A stretch of 32,000 nucleotides of DNA from Dubosiella newyorkensis (GTDB lineage Bacteria; Bacillota_I; Bacilli_A; Erysipelotrichales; Erysipelotrichaceae). Position 1 is the first letter of the stretch. Each line of letters opens with the position of its first letter. Positions 24,959 to 32,000 of this stretch are shown here, piece by piece. The notes under the pieces were generated by a model, which worked only from the letters and a program-made list of their open reading frames with translations, had not been told where the DNA came from and made no database searches. The position numbers were made by a program, and so were the translations under genes. The stretch lies in contig NZ_MPKA01000044.1 of NCBI RefSeq assembly GCF_001945605.1, forward strand, positions 30,001 through 62,000, in the 5' to 3' direction.

Positions 24959-26837
24959 ATTACGTATATATATCGACCAAGATGAATTAACGATCGAAAA
25001 GATCCGCGCCCGCCACAGCCAAGAAGATACGCTGGTTTTTGATTTAAATGATTTTGATGAGGAAACATGCACGATCACGACGAAAATGAGTGTCAATCGG
25101 CAAAAGGACACGCATTGTATCTTGTTTCAGCAAATGTGGAATGAAAAGCTCGTCCTTGTGTATTGCGGACAAAAATATATCCATGTCGGATGCGGAAGCG
25201 CAGAAATCCTTTATCAAAAAATGGGGCGACCGTATGTGTTCTCGACTTCTCAACGTCTAACTCGAAGAGGTCTAAAGATCAAGATCAAAGGGTATATTTA
25301 TGATCCGTTCAATTTGCCAAGCACCTCTTGCTCCATCATGGTCGATGAAAACAACAAACAAGAGGTGGAGCTTCAAAAATCATTGAAAAAGATCCCAAAG
25401 TACACTTTTTTATGGAAGCCTTCGCAAACGGTGTTTTTTAAGATGGACAAGCTTTTATATCCGAATGCGATCATCAACTGCAACATCATGAGCGATTGGT
25501 GTGTAGAGGGCCATGAGCTCTTGCATCCAGTAGGATGCGGATATTTACGCAAGAATGGAGATCGGAGAAACTATGTGCCGTTCCAATCGCTCTATTATAA
25601 AGGCTGGGCGCTTCATTTACGTAAGACCCGGGCAGGCAATCTCGCCTTTATCCGTCGGCCGATGGAAGAAATAGAAAAGAAGCTCGATTTTCGAATCAAA
25701 GAAAATCCTCTCATCGATTGGGCGATGTATCATCTAGGAAAATGGAAGCGGGCTTGGAGCCAAAAACCGGTGAATTTGTTTTATGAAAAATTCGCCTCGA
25801 AATCCGAGGAAGGCGCTTTTGATTTGTTTTTAAAGGCGCGCGACAATACAACTTCAAACAATTATTTTATCATCGATCCTACATCGAGCGATTATGAAAA
25901 AATCAAGAATGAAAAAAACGTAGTCAAAAAGTGGAGCTGGAAATACTATTGGCTTTTGTTTGCTTCCGATCATTTTATCGCGACGGAAGCGCCGATTCAT
26001 ATCAATATCGTTCGTTCCAACAATAAATATTTTCGAAAGAGCACATTTGAGAAGAAGTTTATTTTCCTACAGCACGGGGTGACGTATTTAAAACGGCATG
26101 GCGTCAATTCGCCATTTGTTTCCGGGAAAGAAGCGACACCAAATTTGATGGTGGTCGGCAGCGAAAAAGAAAAAGATATCGTATCTGATATGCTCGGTTT
26201 AAAAGAAGAGCAGCTCCTTGTGACAGGCTTGCCTGTTTTTTCGAATTTGAAATGGGAGAGCATGGATCAAAACAGCGATGATCTTGTGACCGTCATGCTT
26301 ACATGGAAGCCCTATGAAGAATTTATGACCGATTTCGATCAGACTTCATATTATCAAAATACAAAAGCAATCTATGAAGCTTTGTTAGAAAAATTACCGA
26401 AAGAAAAGATCATGATCATCCCGCATCCAAAGATCGCGCATTTAATGCAGAATACGGATTTCGCGCAAAATGTTTGGGATCGAGAAATATCGGAAGCGCT
26501 CTCTAAATCGAAGCTCTTGATCACAGATTATTCTTCGGTTTGCTACAACAGCTTTTATCAAGGAGGCGGTGTCGTGTTCTTTCAGCCAGATCTAGCTTTA
26601 TATGAGGCAGAAAATGGAGATCTGATCCCGGAGGATGATGAATACATCGGCCATCGTGTGTATGATCTTGAAACATTGAAGAAGCTTTTAGATCAAGGGA
26701 TCCATGATCAAAAGATCGACCTCGCTTTCTATCGGACCCCTGAATATGTAGATCGATATTTAACGATCAACTCTTTTGTGGATGGAAGGAATATCGACCG
26801 GATCGATGAACAGCTTAAAGAGCTGAAAATTGTATGA
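24951..26837 (+). CDS. CDP-glycerol:poly(glycerophosphate) glycerophosphotransferase, long TagF/TarL-like form
   Basis: The C-terminal ~350 aa of this 628-aa protein have TagF-family hallmarks (FIFLQHGVTYLK, LLITDYSSVCYNSFYQGGGVVFF). The N-terminal ~270 aa contain two related segments (HVGCGS...GRPYVFSTS and HPVGCGY...RNYVPFQS). It overlaps the tagD stop by 8 nt. Confidence 0.8.
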   Translation: MSELRIYIDQDELTIEKIRARHSQEDTLVFDLNDFDEETCTITTKMSVNRQKDTHCILFQQMWNEKLVLVYCGQKYIHVGCGSAEILYQKMGRPYVFSTSQRLTRRGLKIKIKGYIYDPFNLPSTSCSIMVDENNKQEVELQKSLKKIPKYTFLWKPSQTVFFKMDKLLYPNAIINCNIMSDWCVEGHELLHPVGCGYLRKNGDRRNYVPFQSLYYKGWALHLRKTRAGNLAFIRRPMEEIEKKLDFRIKENPLIDWAMYHLGKWKRAWSQKPVNLFYEKFASKSEEGAFDLFLKARDNTTSNNYFIIDPTSSDYEKIKNEKNVVKKWSWKYYWLLFASDHFIATEAPIHINIVRSNNKYFRKSTFEKKFIFLQHGVTYLKRHGVNSPFVSGKEATPNLMVVGSEKEKDIVSDMLGLKEEQLLVTGLPVFSNLKWESMDQNSDDLVTVMLTWKPYEEFMTDFDQTSYYQNTKAIYEALLEKLPKEKIMIIPHPKIAHLMQNTDFAQNVWDREISEALSKSKLLITDYSSVCYNSFYQGGGVVFFQPDLALYEAENGDLIPEDDEYIGHRVYDLETLKKLLDQGIHDQKIDLAFYRTPEYVDRYLTINSFVDGRNIDRIDEQLKELKIV

Positions 26838-27874
26838 GTTCGCTTTTTACGCGTCGAAAAACGGATCTAGTCAAAGGATTCGCGATCCTCTTTATGTATA
26901 TTCATCACTTTTATTTAGACCCCTCTCGTTATGAAGGATTTCCTATTTATTTTTTTCTAGGAGAGGAATTTGTCAATAAAGTGGCGGTATTCATGAAGAT
27001 TTGTGTGGCGATGTTCATGTTTTTATCGGGATATGGGATGTATTTGAGCGCTCAAAAGAAACAAGGAGAACATGCGCTCGCATTGTATTCGATCAAACGC
27101 TATATCAAGTTGATCTTCTCTTTTTTCTTTATTTTTTGGCTTGTTCAGCTTATCTTCTATCCAACGATGCGTTGGAGAAAGATCTATGGCACTTCATTAG
27201 ATAGTCTCGGTTATTTTTTGATCGACATGTTTGGATTGGCGCACCTTTTTCATACCCCCACCTATTTAGGGACTTGGTGGTATATTTCTTTGATTTCGCT
27301 TGTGATATTCACATTTCCAATCCTATTTCGCTTGTTTGATCAAAGGGTTTGGCTCTATATGGCGATCATCGTGCTGATCCAATGGATCGAGCCGGTCAAA
27401 GATCTTGAATATGTCCGCTATTTGCCTGCGTTTAGCTTCGGAATGCTTTTTGCGCGATATCATTTCGTGGACTATTTCCATAGGAAAATAGAGCAAAGTC
27501 CTCATTCCAAGTGGCTCTTTGGAGCGCTGATGGGGTTTGGATGCATTCTTTGTTTTTATTTTCGATCGGTTCCGAATATTCCGATTGGCTTGAAAGATGG
27601 TCTGATCGTAAGCTATATCATCAGTTTTATTGTTCTTTTCATTCCCGATTTTAAAATCGGTGTGGAATTAGGAAAGCGTTCGATGAGCATGTTTTTAACA
27701 CATACCCTTGTAAGAACGACGTTTTTCAAAGAGTTCAGCTATGGATTTTATGATGCGGGCTTGAATTTACTCGTTTTTACACTCGTGACGTATATGATCG
27801 CTTTGGCGATCGATGAAATGAAGGTTAAATGCGGCTATGATCGTTTCGTCGATCGATTGACAAAAAGAATATGA
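26834..27874 (+). CDS. Integral-membrane acyltransferase (acyltransferase family 3-like)
   Basis: The 346-aa protein has about 10 hydrophobic segments. Its N-terminal motif RKTDLVKGFAILFMYIHH resembles the R-x-x-x-D-x-x-(R/K)-G-x-A and H signature of acyltransferase_3 O-acyltransferases. It is translationally coupled to the preceding gene by an ATGA overlap. Confidence 0.7.
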   Translation: MSSLFTRRKTDLVKGFAILFMYIHHFYLDPSRYEGFPIYFFLGEEFVNKVAVFMKICVAMFMFLSGYGMYLSAQKKQGEHALALYSIKRYIKLIFSFFFIFWLVQLIFYPTMRWRKIYGTSLDSLGYFLIDMFGLAHLFHTPTYLGTWWYISLISLVIFTFPILFRLFDQRVWLYMAIIVLIQWIEPVKDLEYVRYLPAFSFGMLFARYHFVDYFHRKIEQSPHSKWLFGALMGFGCILCFYFRSVPNIPIGLKDGLIVSYIISFIVLFIPDFKIGVELGKRSMSMFLTHTLVRTTFFKEFSYGFYDAGLNLLVFTLVTYMIALAIDEMKVKCGYDRFVDRLTKRI

Positions 27875-27883
27875 GGGAAGAGG

Positions 27884-29086
27884 ATGAAATTACTGCAAAA
27901 ATTAAAAAGAATCGCTGGCGCATGGATCCGTTTCGCATATCGGTGCACCTACAAATGGATCCCGATCGATCCCAAGCTCGTCATTTTCATTTCATTTCAT
28001 GGCCGAGGGTATTTGGACAATCCCAAAGCGATCTATGAAGCGATGCGAAACGATCCACGCTTTCAAGGGTATCGATTTATTTGGTACATCAAGCATAAAA
28101 AGAAAAAGAACATTGTTATTCCTGGGGCCAAAGTCGTAGAGTATTTCTCGATTCCTTATTTTTACTATTTGTCGAGAGCGAAATTTTGGGTCATCAATTG
28201 TAAGATGCCTTCCTATATTTCAAAAAAGCCAGATCAGATTTATTTGCAGACTTGGCATGGAACTCCATTAAAGAAGCTGGGACATGATATTGATGTCGCC
28301 GAAAATACGACATTTTATCGTTCGGGCATGAATTTTGAAGAAATGACAGGAAGTTATGATATCGATGTGGCTCGTTATAATTATATGATCTCTCCGAACA
28401 CGTTTTGTACAGAAGTATTCCAAAGCGCTTTTGGGATCGATCGGCAACGTTTGATCGAAACGGGCTATCCGCGGAATGATTTTTTAAGCAACTATACAGA
28501 AGACGATGTTCTAAGGATCAAGAAAAAATACAACTTGCCTTTGGATAAGAAGATCGTTTTATACGCTCCAACATGGAGGGACGATTCCTTCGTGGCAGCG
28601 GGCTATACGTTTGAGCTGCAGGCGGATTTTAAAAAGTGGAAAGAAGTGCTAGGAGAAGATACGATCGTCTTGTTCAAGCCGCATTACTTGATCATCAATC
28701 GTTTTGATCAAGATCCTTCGTTAAAAGGTTTTTTATATTCGATCCCAGCCGAAGCGGAAATTAGTGAATTATATATCGTGGCGGATCGTCTCGTGACCGA
28801 TTATTCGAGCGTCTTTTTCGATTATGCGATCTTGAAGCGCCCTATTTATTTTTATATGTATGACAAGGAACAATATGCGAACAATTTAAGAGGCTTTTAT
28901 TTAGACATTTATAAAGATCTTCCAGGAAAGATCTATGAAAAAGAGCAAGATCTTCTAGAAGCGCTGAAGAAGGAAGAATTCGATCAAGAACGTTTAAGCG
29001 CGTTTAATGCCCTCTTCAATAATCGGGAAGATGGAGAAGCTTCGAAGCGTGTGTTGGATGTTTTAGCGAAAGATCGAATGGAGTGA
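27884..29086 (+). CDS. CDP-glycerol glycerophosphotransferase (TagB/TagF family)
   Basis: The 400-aa protein has the motifs YLQTWHGTPLKKLGHDI, VLYAPTWRDD and LVTDYSSVFFDYAILKRPIYFYMYD. A GAGG SD lies upstream. Confidence 0.85.
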   Translation: MKLLQKLKRIAGAWIRFAYRCTYKWIPIDPKLVIFISFHGRGYLDNPKAIYEAMRNDPRFQGYRFIWYIKHKKKKNIVIPGAKVVEYFSIPYFYYLSRAKFWVINCKMPSYISKKPDQIYLQTWHGTPLKKLGHDIDVAENTTFYRSGMNFEEMTGSYDIDVARYNYMISPNTFCTEVFQSAFGIDRQRLIETGYPRNDFLSNYTEDDVLRIKKKYNLPLDKKIVLYAPTWRDDSFVAAGYTFELQADFKKWKEVLGEDTIVLFKPHYLIINRFDQDPSLKGFLYSIPAEAEISELYIVADRLVTDYSSVFFDYAILKRPIYFYMYDKEQYANNLRGFYLDIYKDLPGKIYEKEQDLLEALKKEEFDQERLSAFNALFNNREDGEASKRVLDVLAKDRME

Positions 29087-29091
29087 TCGAT

Positions 29092-30198
29092 ATGGGTTTG
29101 AGCAAACTTGTTTTAAAAATCGCCCTTTCGATCGTGAACGCTTGTACATTTTTTCTGCATCCAAAATGGAATCGGATCACATTTGTCTCATTGACGAGCG
29201 ATGTGCTTTCAGGTGATTTTCTTAGATTGTCAAAAGCGCTCGAGAAGGAGCATCGTTATGATCTTCGTTATAATTTGATCGTATTCAAGCAGAATATATG
29301 GGGACAGATCGCTTATTTTTTTAATTGTTTAAAGCAACTTGTTGAATATAAACGTTCTGCTTTAGTCATTCTTAACGACAATAATTTTGTGATTTCAGTG
29401 ATGAAGCCTAAACAGACGAAGGTGCTTCAGATCTGGCATGCGCCAGGAGCGGTTAAAAAGTTTGGCAATCAGATCAAACGTCAATATAAGATCCGAAACT
29501 ATGACGCAGTGATTTGCAGCGCCCCCTATTGGAAGGAATGTTTTGCCGAAGCGTTTGGTGTTTTTCCTGAACAAGTCTATCCGACAGGAATGCCGAGGAT
29601 CGATGATCTTTACGATCAAAGTGTTCGAAAAGCAAATCGAGATGCTTTTTACGAAAAATATCCGCAGACAAAAGGAAAGCGTTTGATTTTATACGCTCCT
29701 ACATTTCGGGGCAATATCATTGATGGTTTCCAGATCGAATCGTTGAATATGTCCAAGATCGATCCAGCTTTGAAAGAGAATACGCTTCTTTTATATAAGT
29801 TTCATCCTTTATTAGGGGATGTGCAGCTCTCTTCCAAGAAAGCGATCGATGTCAATGCGGAAGATTTGTATACGTTAATGGAAGTAAGCGATTGTCTGAT
29901 TTCCGATTATTCGAGCGTGTTTTTTGATTACTCGCTCTTGAACAAGCCGATGCTTTCTTTCGTGCCCGATCTTGAGATGTATAAAAAGACGATTGGATTG
30001 AATATCGCGTATGAGAAAGAATTTCCTGGGCCGATCTGTAAAACTGAAGAGGAGATTTGCGCAGCGATCCAAAATCTTCATACGTATGATCATGAAAAGC
30101 TTCAATCGTTTCGGAATCGTTATATTGTCGATTTTGACGGAAAGAATACGGAAAGGATCGTTCATTTGATCAATTCGCTATTAAAAAAAGCTCAGTGA
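29092..30198 (+). CDS. CDP-glycerol glycerophosphotransferase (TagB-like, short form)
   Basis: The 368-aa protein, counted from ATG 29092, has a GGAG SD 8 nt upstream; the GTG at 29083 is an alternative start. Its motifs are LQIWHAPGAVKKFGNQ, ILYAPTFRG and LISDYSSVFFDYSLLNKPM. Confidence 0.8.
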   Translation: MGLSKLVLKIALSIVNACTFFLHPKWNRITFVSLTSDVLSGDFLRLSKALEKEHRYDLRYNLIVFKQNIWGQIAYFFNCLKQLVEYKRSALVILNDNNFVISVMKPKQTKVLQIWHAPGAVKKFGNQIKRQYKIRNYDAVICSAPYWKECFAEAFGVFPEQVYPTGMPRIDDLYDQSVRKANRDAFYEKYPQTKGKRLILYAPTFRGNIIDGFQIESLNMSKIDPALKENTLLLYKFHPLLGDVQLSSKKAIDVNAEDLYTLMEVSDCLISDYSSVFFDYSLLNKPMLSFVPDLEMYKKTIGLNIAYEKEFPGPICKTEEEICAAIQNLHTYDHEKLQSFRNRYIVDFDGKNTERIVHLINSLLKKAQ

Positions 30199-30213
30199 TC
30201 TGAGCTAATTTTT
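30183..30213. terminator. Bidirectional terminator shared by convergent genes
   Basis: AGCTCAG (30189..30195) pairs with CTGAGCT (30200..30206) across a 4-nt loop, with A7 on the left and AATTTTT on the right. The stop codons of both convergent genes lie inside the hairpin. Confidence 0.6.
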
Positions 30214-30816
30214 AAATGTGACTTCGATATCGTATTGGTCTTTGATGCCATCCGCGATCTGAAGAAGCTTCGTGATCGAATTGATCGTGTTCTCTTCAGC
30301 GACTTGATAGATTTGTTTTTCTTTGAGTTCTTCATCGACGAGCTTTTTTTGCTGGATGGCGAACTCTTTATAGTCGTTGATGCTGATTTGATTAAAGACA
30401 TTTTTAGATTCGTTGTAGACTTCTATGCTTTTTTCATCGATCGTATTCGTAAGCACTTCAACAGGTGGTAAAGCGATCTTGATTTTGTTTTGTGTGACTT
30501 GAATATCCGCTTGATCGAGATCGACGCCAAGATTGACTTCTCCTTCATAAGTCAAAATAAAATACTTGTTCGTGAGAGGAATCGACCAATTATTGATTTC
30601 CAATGAATTTTCATAACGGCCAACTTTGGCGTAATGATATTTCGTGGTGATCAAATCCGAAGCGGATCTTAGTTGTTCTAAAACCGTCGTTTGGCTTACT
30701 TGTGGTTCGCTTTGTTTTATATTCCAATTCGCGACCCCAAAAAAGAGAAAAACGCCTACGAGGATCCCGGCTGCCAAGACAAATACATACGATTTCCAAT
30801 TCTTTAATTTTTTCAT
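30205..30816 (-). CDS. Membrane-anchored hypothetical protein (DUF4230-like)
   Basis: The 203-aa protein has one N-terminal TM segment (SYVFVLAAGILVGVFLFFGV) followed by a soluble domain (LEQLRSASDLITTKYHYAKVG...). Its resemblance to the DUF4230 family is recalled from memory, not searched. It has no clear SD. Confidence 0.55.
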   Translation of the reverse strand: MKKLKNWKSYVFVLAAGILVGVFLFFGVANWNIKQSEPQVSQTTVLEQLRSASDLITTKYHYAKVGRYENSLEINNWSIPLTNKYFILTYEGEVNLGVDLDQADIQVTQNKIKIALPPVEVLTNTIDEKSIEVYNESKNVFNQISINDYKEFAIQQKKLVDEELKEKQIYQVAEENTINSITKLLQIADGIKDQYDIEVTFKN

Positions 30817-30850
30817 AGCTTTATCTTATCATATTTTCCTGTTCCTATGA

Positions 30851-30879
30851 AAATCATATCCCCAAATATGTGTTATAAT
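30851..30879 (+). promoter_or_regulatory. Candidate rsmG-soj promoter with an extended -10
   Basis: TGTTATAAT (30871..30879) matches the extended -10 form TGnTATAAT and lies about 20 nt upstream of the rsmG ATG. A box-like ATATCCCCA (30856..30864) sits in the spacer/-35 area. Confidence 0.55.
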
Positions 30880-30898
30880 AAACGACACGGAGGCAATC

Positions 30899-31603
30899 AT
30901 GACACAAGAACAATTTATACAAGCACTCTCAAGCCGCGGGATCTCGCTGTCTGAAAAGCAGATCACGCAGTTTCAAACATATATGCGTCTTCTTCAAGAA
31001 TGGAATGAAAAGATGAATTTGACTGCGATCGTCAAGGACGAAGAAGTTTGGGAAAAACATTTTTATGATTCGATCTTGCCTTTTATTGGCTTGGATCTTT
31101 CGAGTTTTTGCGATGTGGGCAGCGGAGCGGGTTTTCCAGGAATTCCGGTCAAGATCGTCTATCCTGATTGCGAAATGACGCTGATCGAACCACTTCAGAA
31201 GCGATGCCGCTTTTTAGAGGAAGTCGTTTCTCAATTGAAGCTGGAAAATATTTCGGTAATGAACGTGCGGGCGGAAGAGTATGCCAAAGAACATCGGGCT
31301 CTATTTTCGATCGTCTCGGCTCGAGCGGTCGCCAAGCTTTCGATTTTATTAGAGTTATGCATTCCTTTATTGAAGGTCGATGGGATCTTTGTCGCTTTAA
31401 AAGGAAAAAATGGAGATCAAGAGCTGAAGCAGGCTAAAAAAGCGCTCTCGCTCTTGCATGTCAAGCTGATCAAGGAAGAAAAGACGACGATCGAGGAAGA
31501 TGCGACTCGGATCAATTTTTATTTTCAAAAAGTACAGGCCACGCCAATCAAATATCCTAGAGCGTATGGGCAGATCAAAAAGAAGCCACTGGAGGAACAA
31601 TAA
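30899..31603 (+). CDS. rsmG: 16S rRNA (guanine527-N7)-methyltransferase
   Basis: The 234-aa protein contains LQEWNEKMNLTAI, the SAM-binding motif DVGSGAGFPGIPVKI and SARAVA. It has a GGAGG SD and sits in the conserved position upstream of soj. Confidence 0.93.
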   Translation: MTQEQFIQALSSRGISLSEKQITQFQTYMRLLQEWNEKMNLTAIVKDEEVWEKHFYDSILPFIGLDLSSFCDVGSGAGFPGIPVKIVYPDCEMTLIEPLQKRCRFLEEVVSQLKLENISVMNVRAEEYAKEHRALFSIVSARAVAKLSILLELCIPLLKVDGIFVALKGKNGDQELKQAKKALSLLHVKLIKEEKTTIEEDATRINFYFQKVQATPIKYPRAYGQIKKKPLEEQ

Positions 31604-32000
31604 ATGGGGAAGATCATAGCGATATCGAATCAAAAAGGGGGCGTGGGCAAGACGACGACCGCGATCAATGTAGCGACTGGACTCGCTTATGCGAATCGGA
31701 AAGTCCTGCTCGTCGACTTTGATATGCAAGGAAACGCTTCGCAAGGATTATCGGCTCTAAAAGGTGAAGGTCAGCCAACTGTGTATTCGGTCTTGATGGA
31801 AAAATTTCCGATCGAAAAGGCGCTCATCCATATCGAGGAGAGTGGTGTCGATATTTTGCCAGCCAACATTTCTTTAGCTGGCGCCGATTTGATGATGGAT
31901 AAGATTGGTCATGGAAAAGAGCGGCTTCTTAAAGAGGCTTTGGATCCTTTGCGGGATCGATATGATTATATTTTGATCGACTGCCCTCCTTCTTTAGGCT
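31604..32000 (+). CDS. soj: ParA/Soj chromosome partitioning ATPase (5' part; gene runs off the right edge)
   Basis: This ORF is absent from the ORF track because it has no stop within the window. The translation starts MGKIIAISNQKGGVGKTTTAINVATGLAYANRKVLLVDFDMQGNAS, with the deviant Walker A KGGVGKTT. A GGAGGA SD lies upstream, and the ATG follows the rsmG TAA immediately. Confidence 0.9.
   Translation, partial: MGKIIAISNQKGGVGKTTTAINVATGLAYANRKVLLVDFDMQGNASQGLSALKGEGQPTVYSVLMEKFPIEKALIHIEESGVDILPANISLAGADLMMDKIGHGKERLLKEALDPLRDRYDYILIDCPPSLG

Noticed and set aside
14848-30898. I considered whether the 16-kb segment between jag and rsmG is a mobile or defence island.
   Set aside because: It has no integrase, transposase, recombinase, direct-repeat boundaries, tRNA target or toxin, nuclease or ATPase-type defence genes. 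The content is housekeeping (pth, mfd, argS, rpoE) plus cell-wall polymer synthesis. The GATC-rich composition looks the same as in the flanks.
31605-31613. A box-like TGGGGAAGA overlaps the soj start codon.
   Set aside because: It is fully explained by the codons ATG GGG AAG ATC (MGKI) of the conserved ParA N-terminus. It is a single imperfect match.

Overview
This window is the chromosomal replication-origin region of a low-GC Gram-positive bacterium (Bacillota). The gene content, the lack of sporulation genes and a small SRP RNA suggest a non-sporulating Erysipelotrichia- or Lactobacillales-like lineage, but that taxon is only a guess. Genes diverge from a bipartite oriC. On the minus strand, running leftwards, are dnaA, dnaN, yaaA, recF, gyrB, gyrA, a T-box leader with serS, SRP RNA, a decayed MFS gene on the plus strand, tadA and the start of dnaX. 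On the plus strand, running rightwards, are rpmH, rnpA, yidC, jag, pth, mfd, rqcP(yabO), an HD-domain dNTPase-like gene, a DUF1934 gene, argS and rpoE. These are followed by a 7-gene wall teichoic acid cluster (tagG, tagH, tagD, three TagB/TagF-family genes and one acyltransferase), a minus-strand DUF4230-like gene, rsmG and the start of soj/parA. I found no CRISPR array, transposase, integrase, phage gene, tRNA/rRNA gene or recognisable defence island, so this is essentially core genome. The most unusual feature is the origin. About 19 copies of a 9-mer, TTTTCCCCA/TGGGGAAAA (8 of them perfect), replace the canonical DnaA box TTATCCACA. The encoded DnaA carries substitutions at positions equivalent to the E. 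coli base-contacting residues T435 and H439. Other notable points are a roughly 5-fold excess of GATC across the window with none in oriC, an unannotated small SRP RNA, a frameshifted and deleted MFS gene, and the absence of mnmE-mnmG between jag and rsmG. All motif coordinates were indexed by hand and may be off by 1-2 nt. All homology calls come from reading the translations, not from searches.
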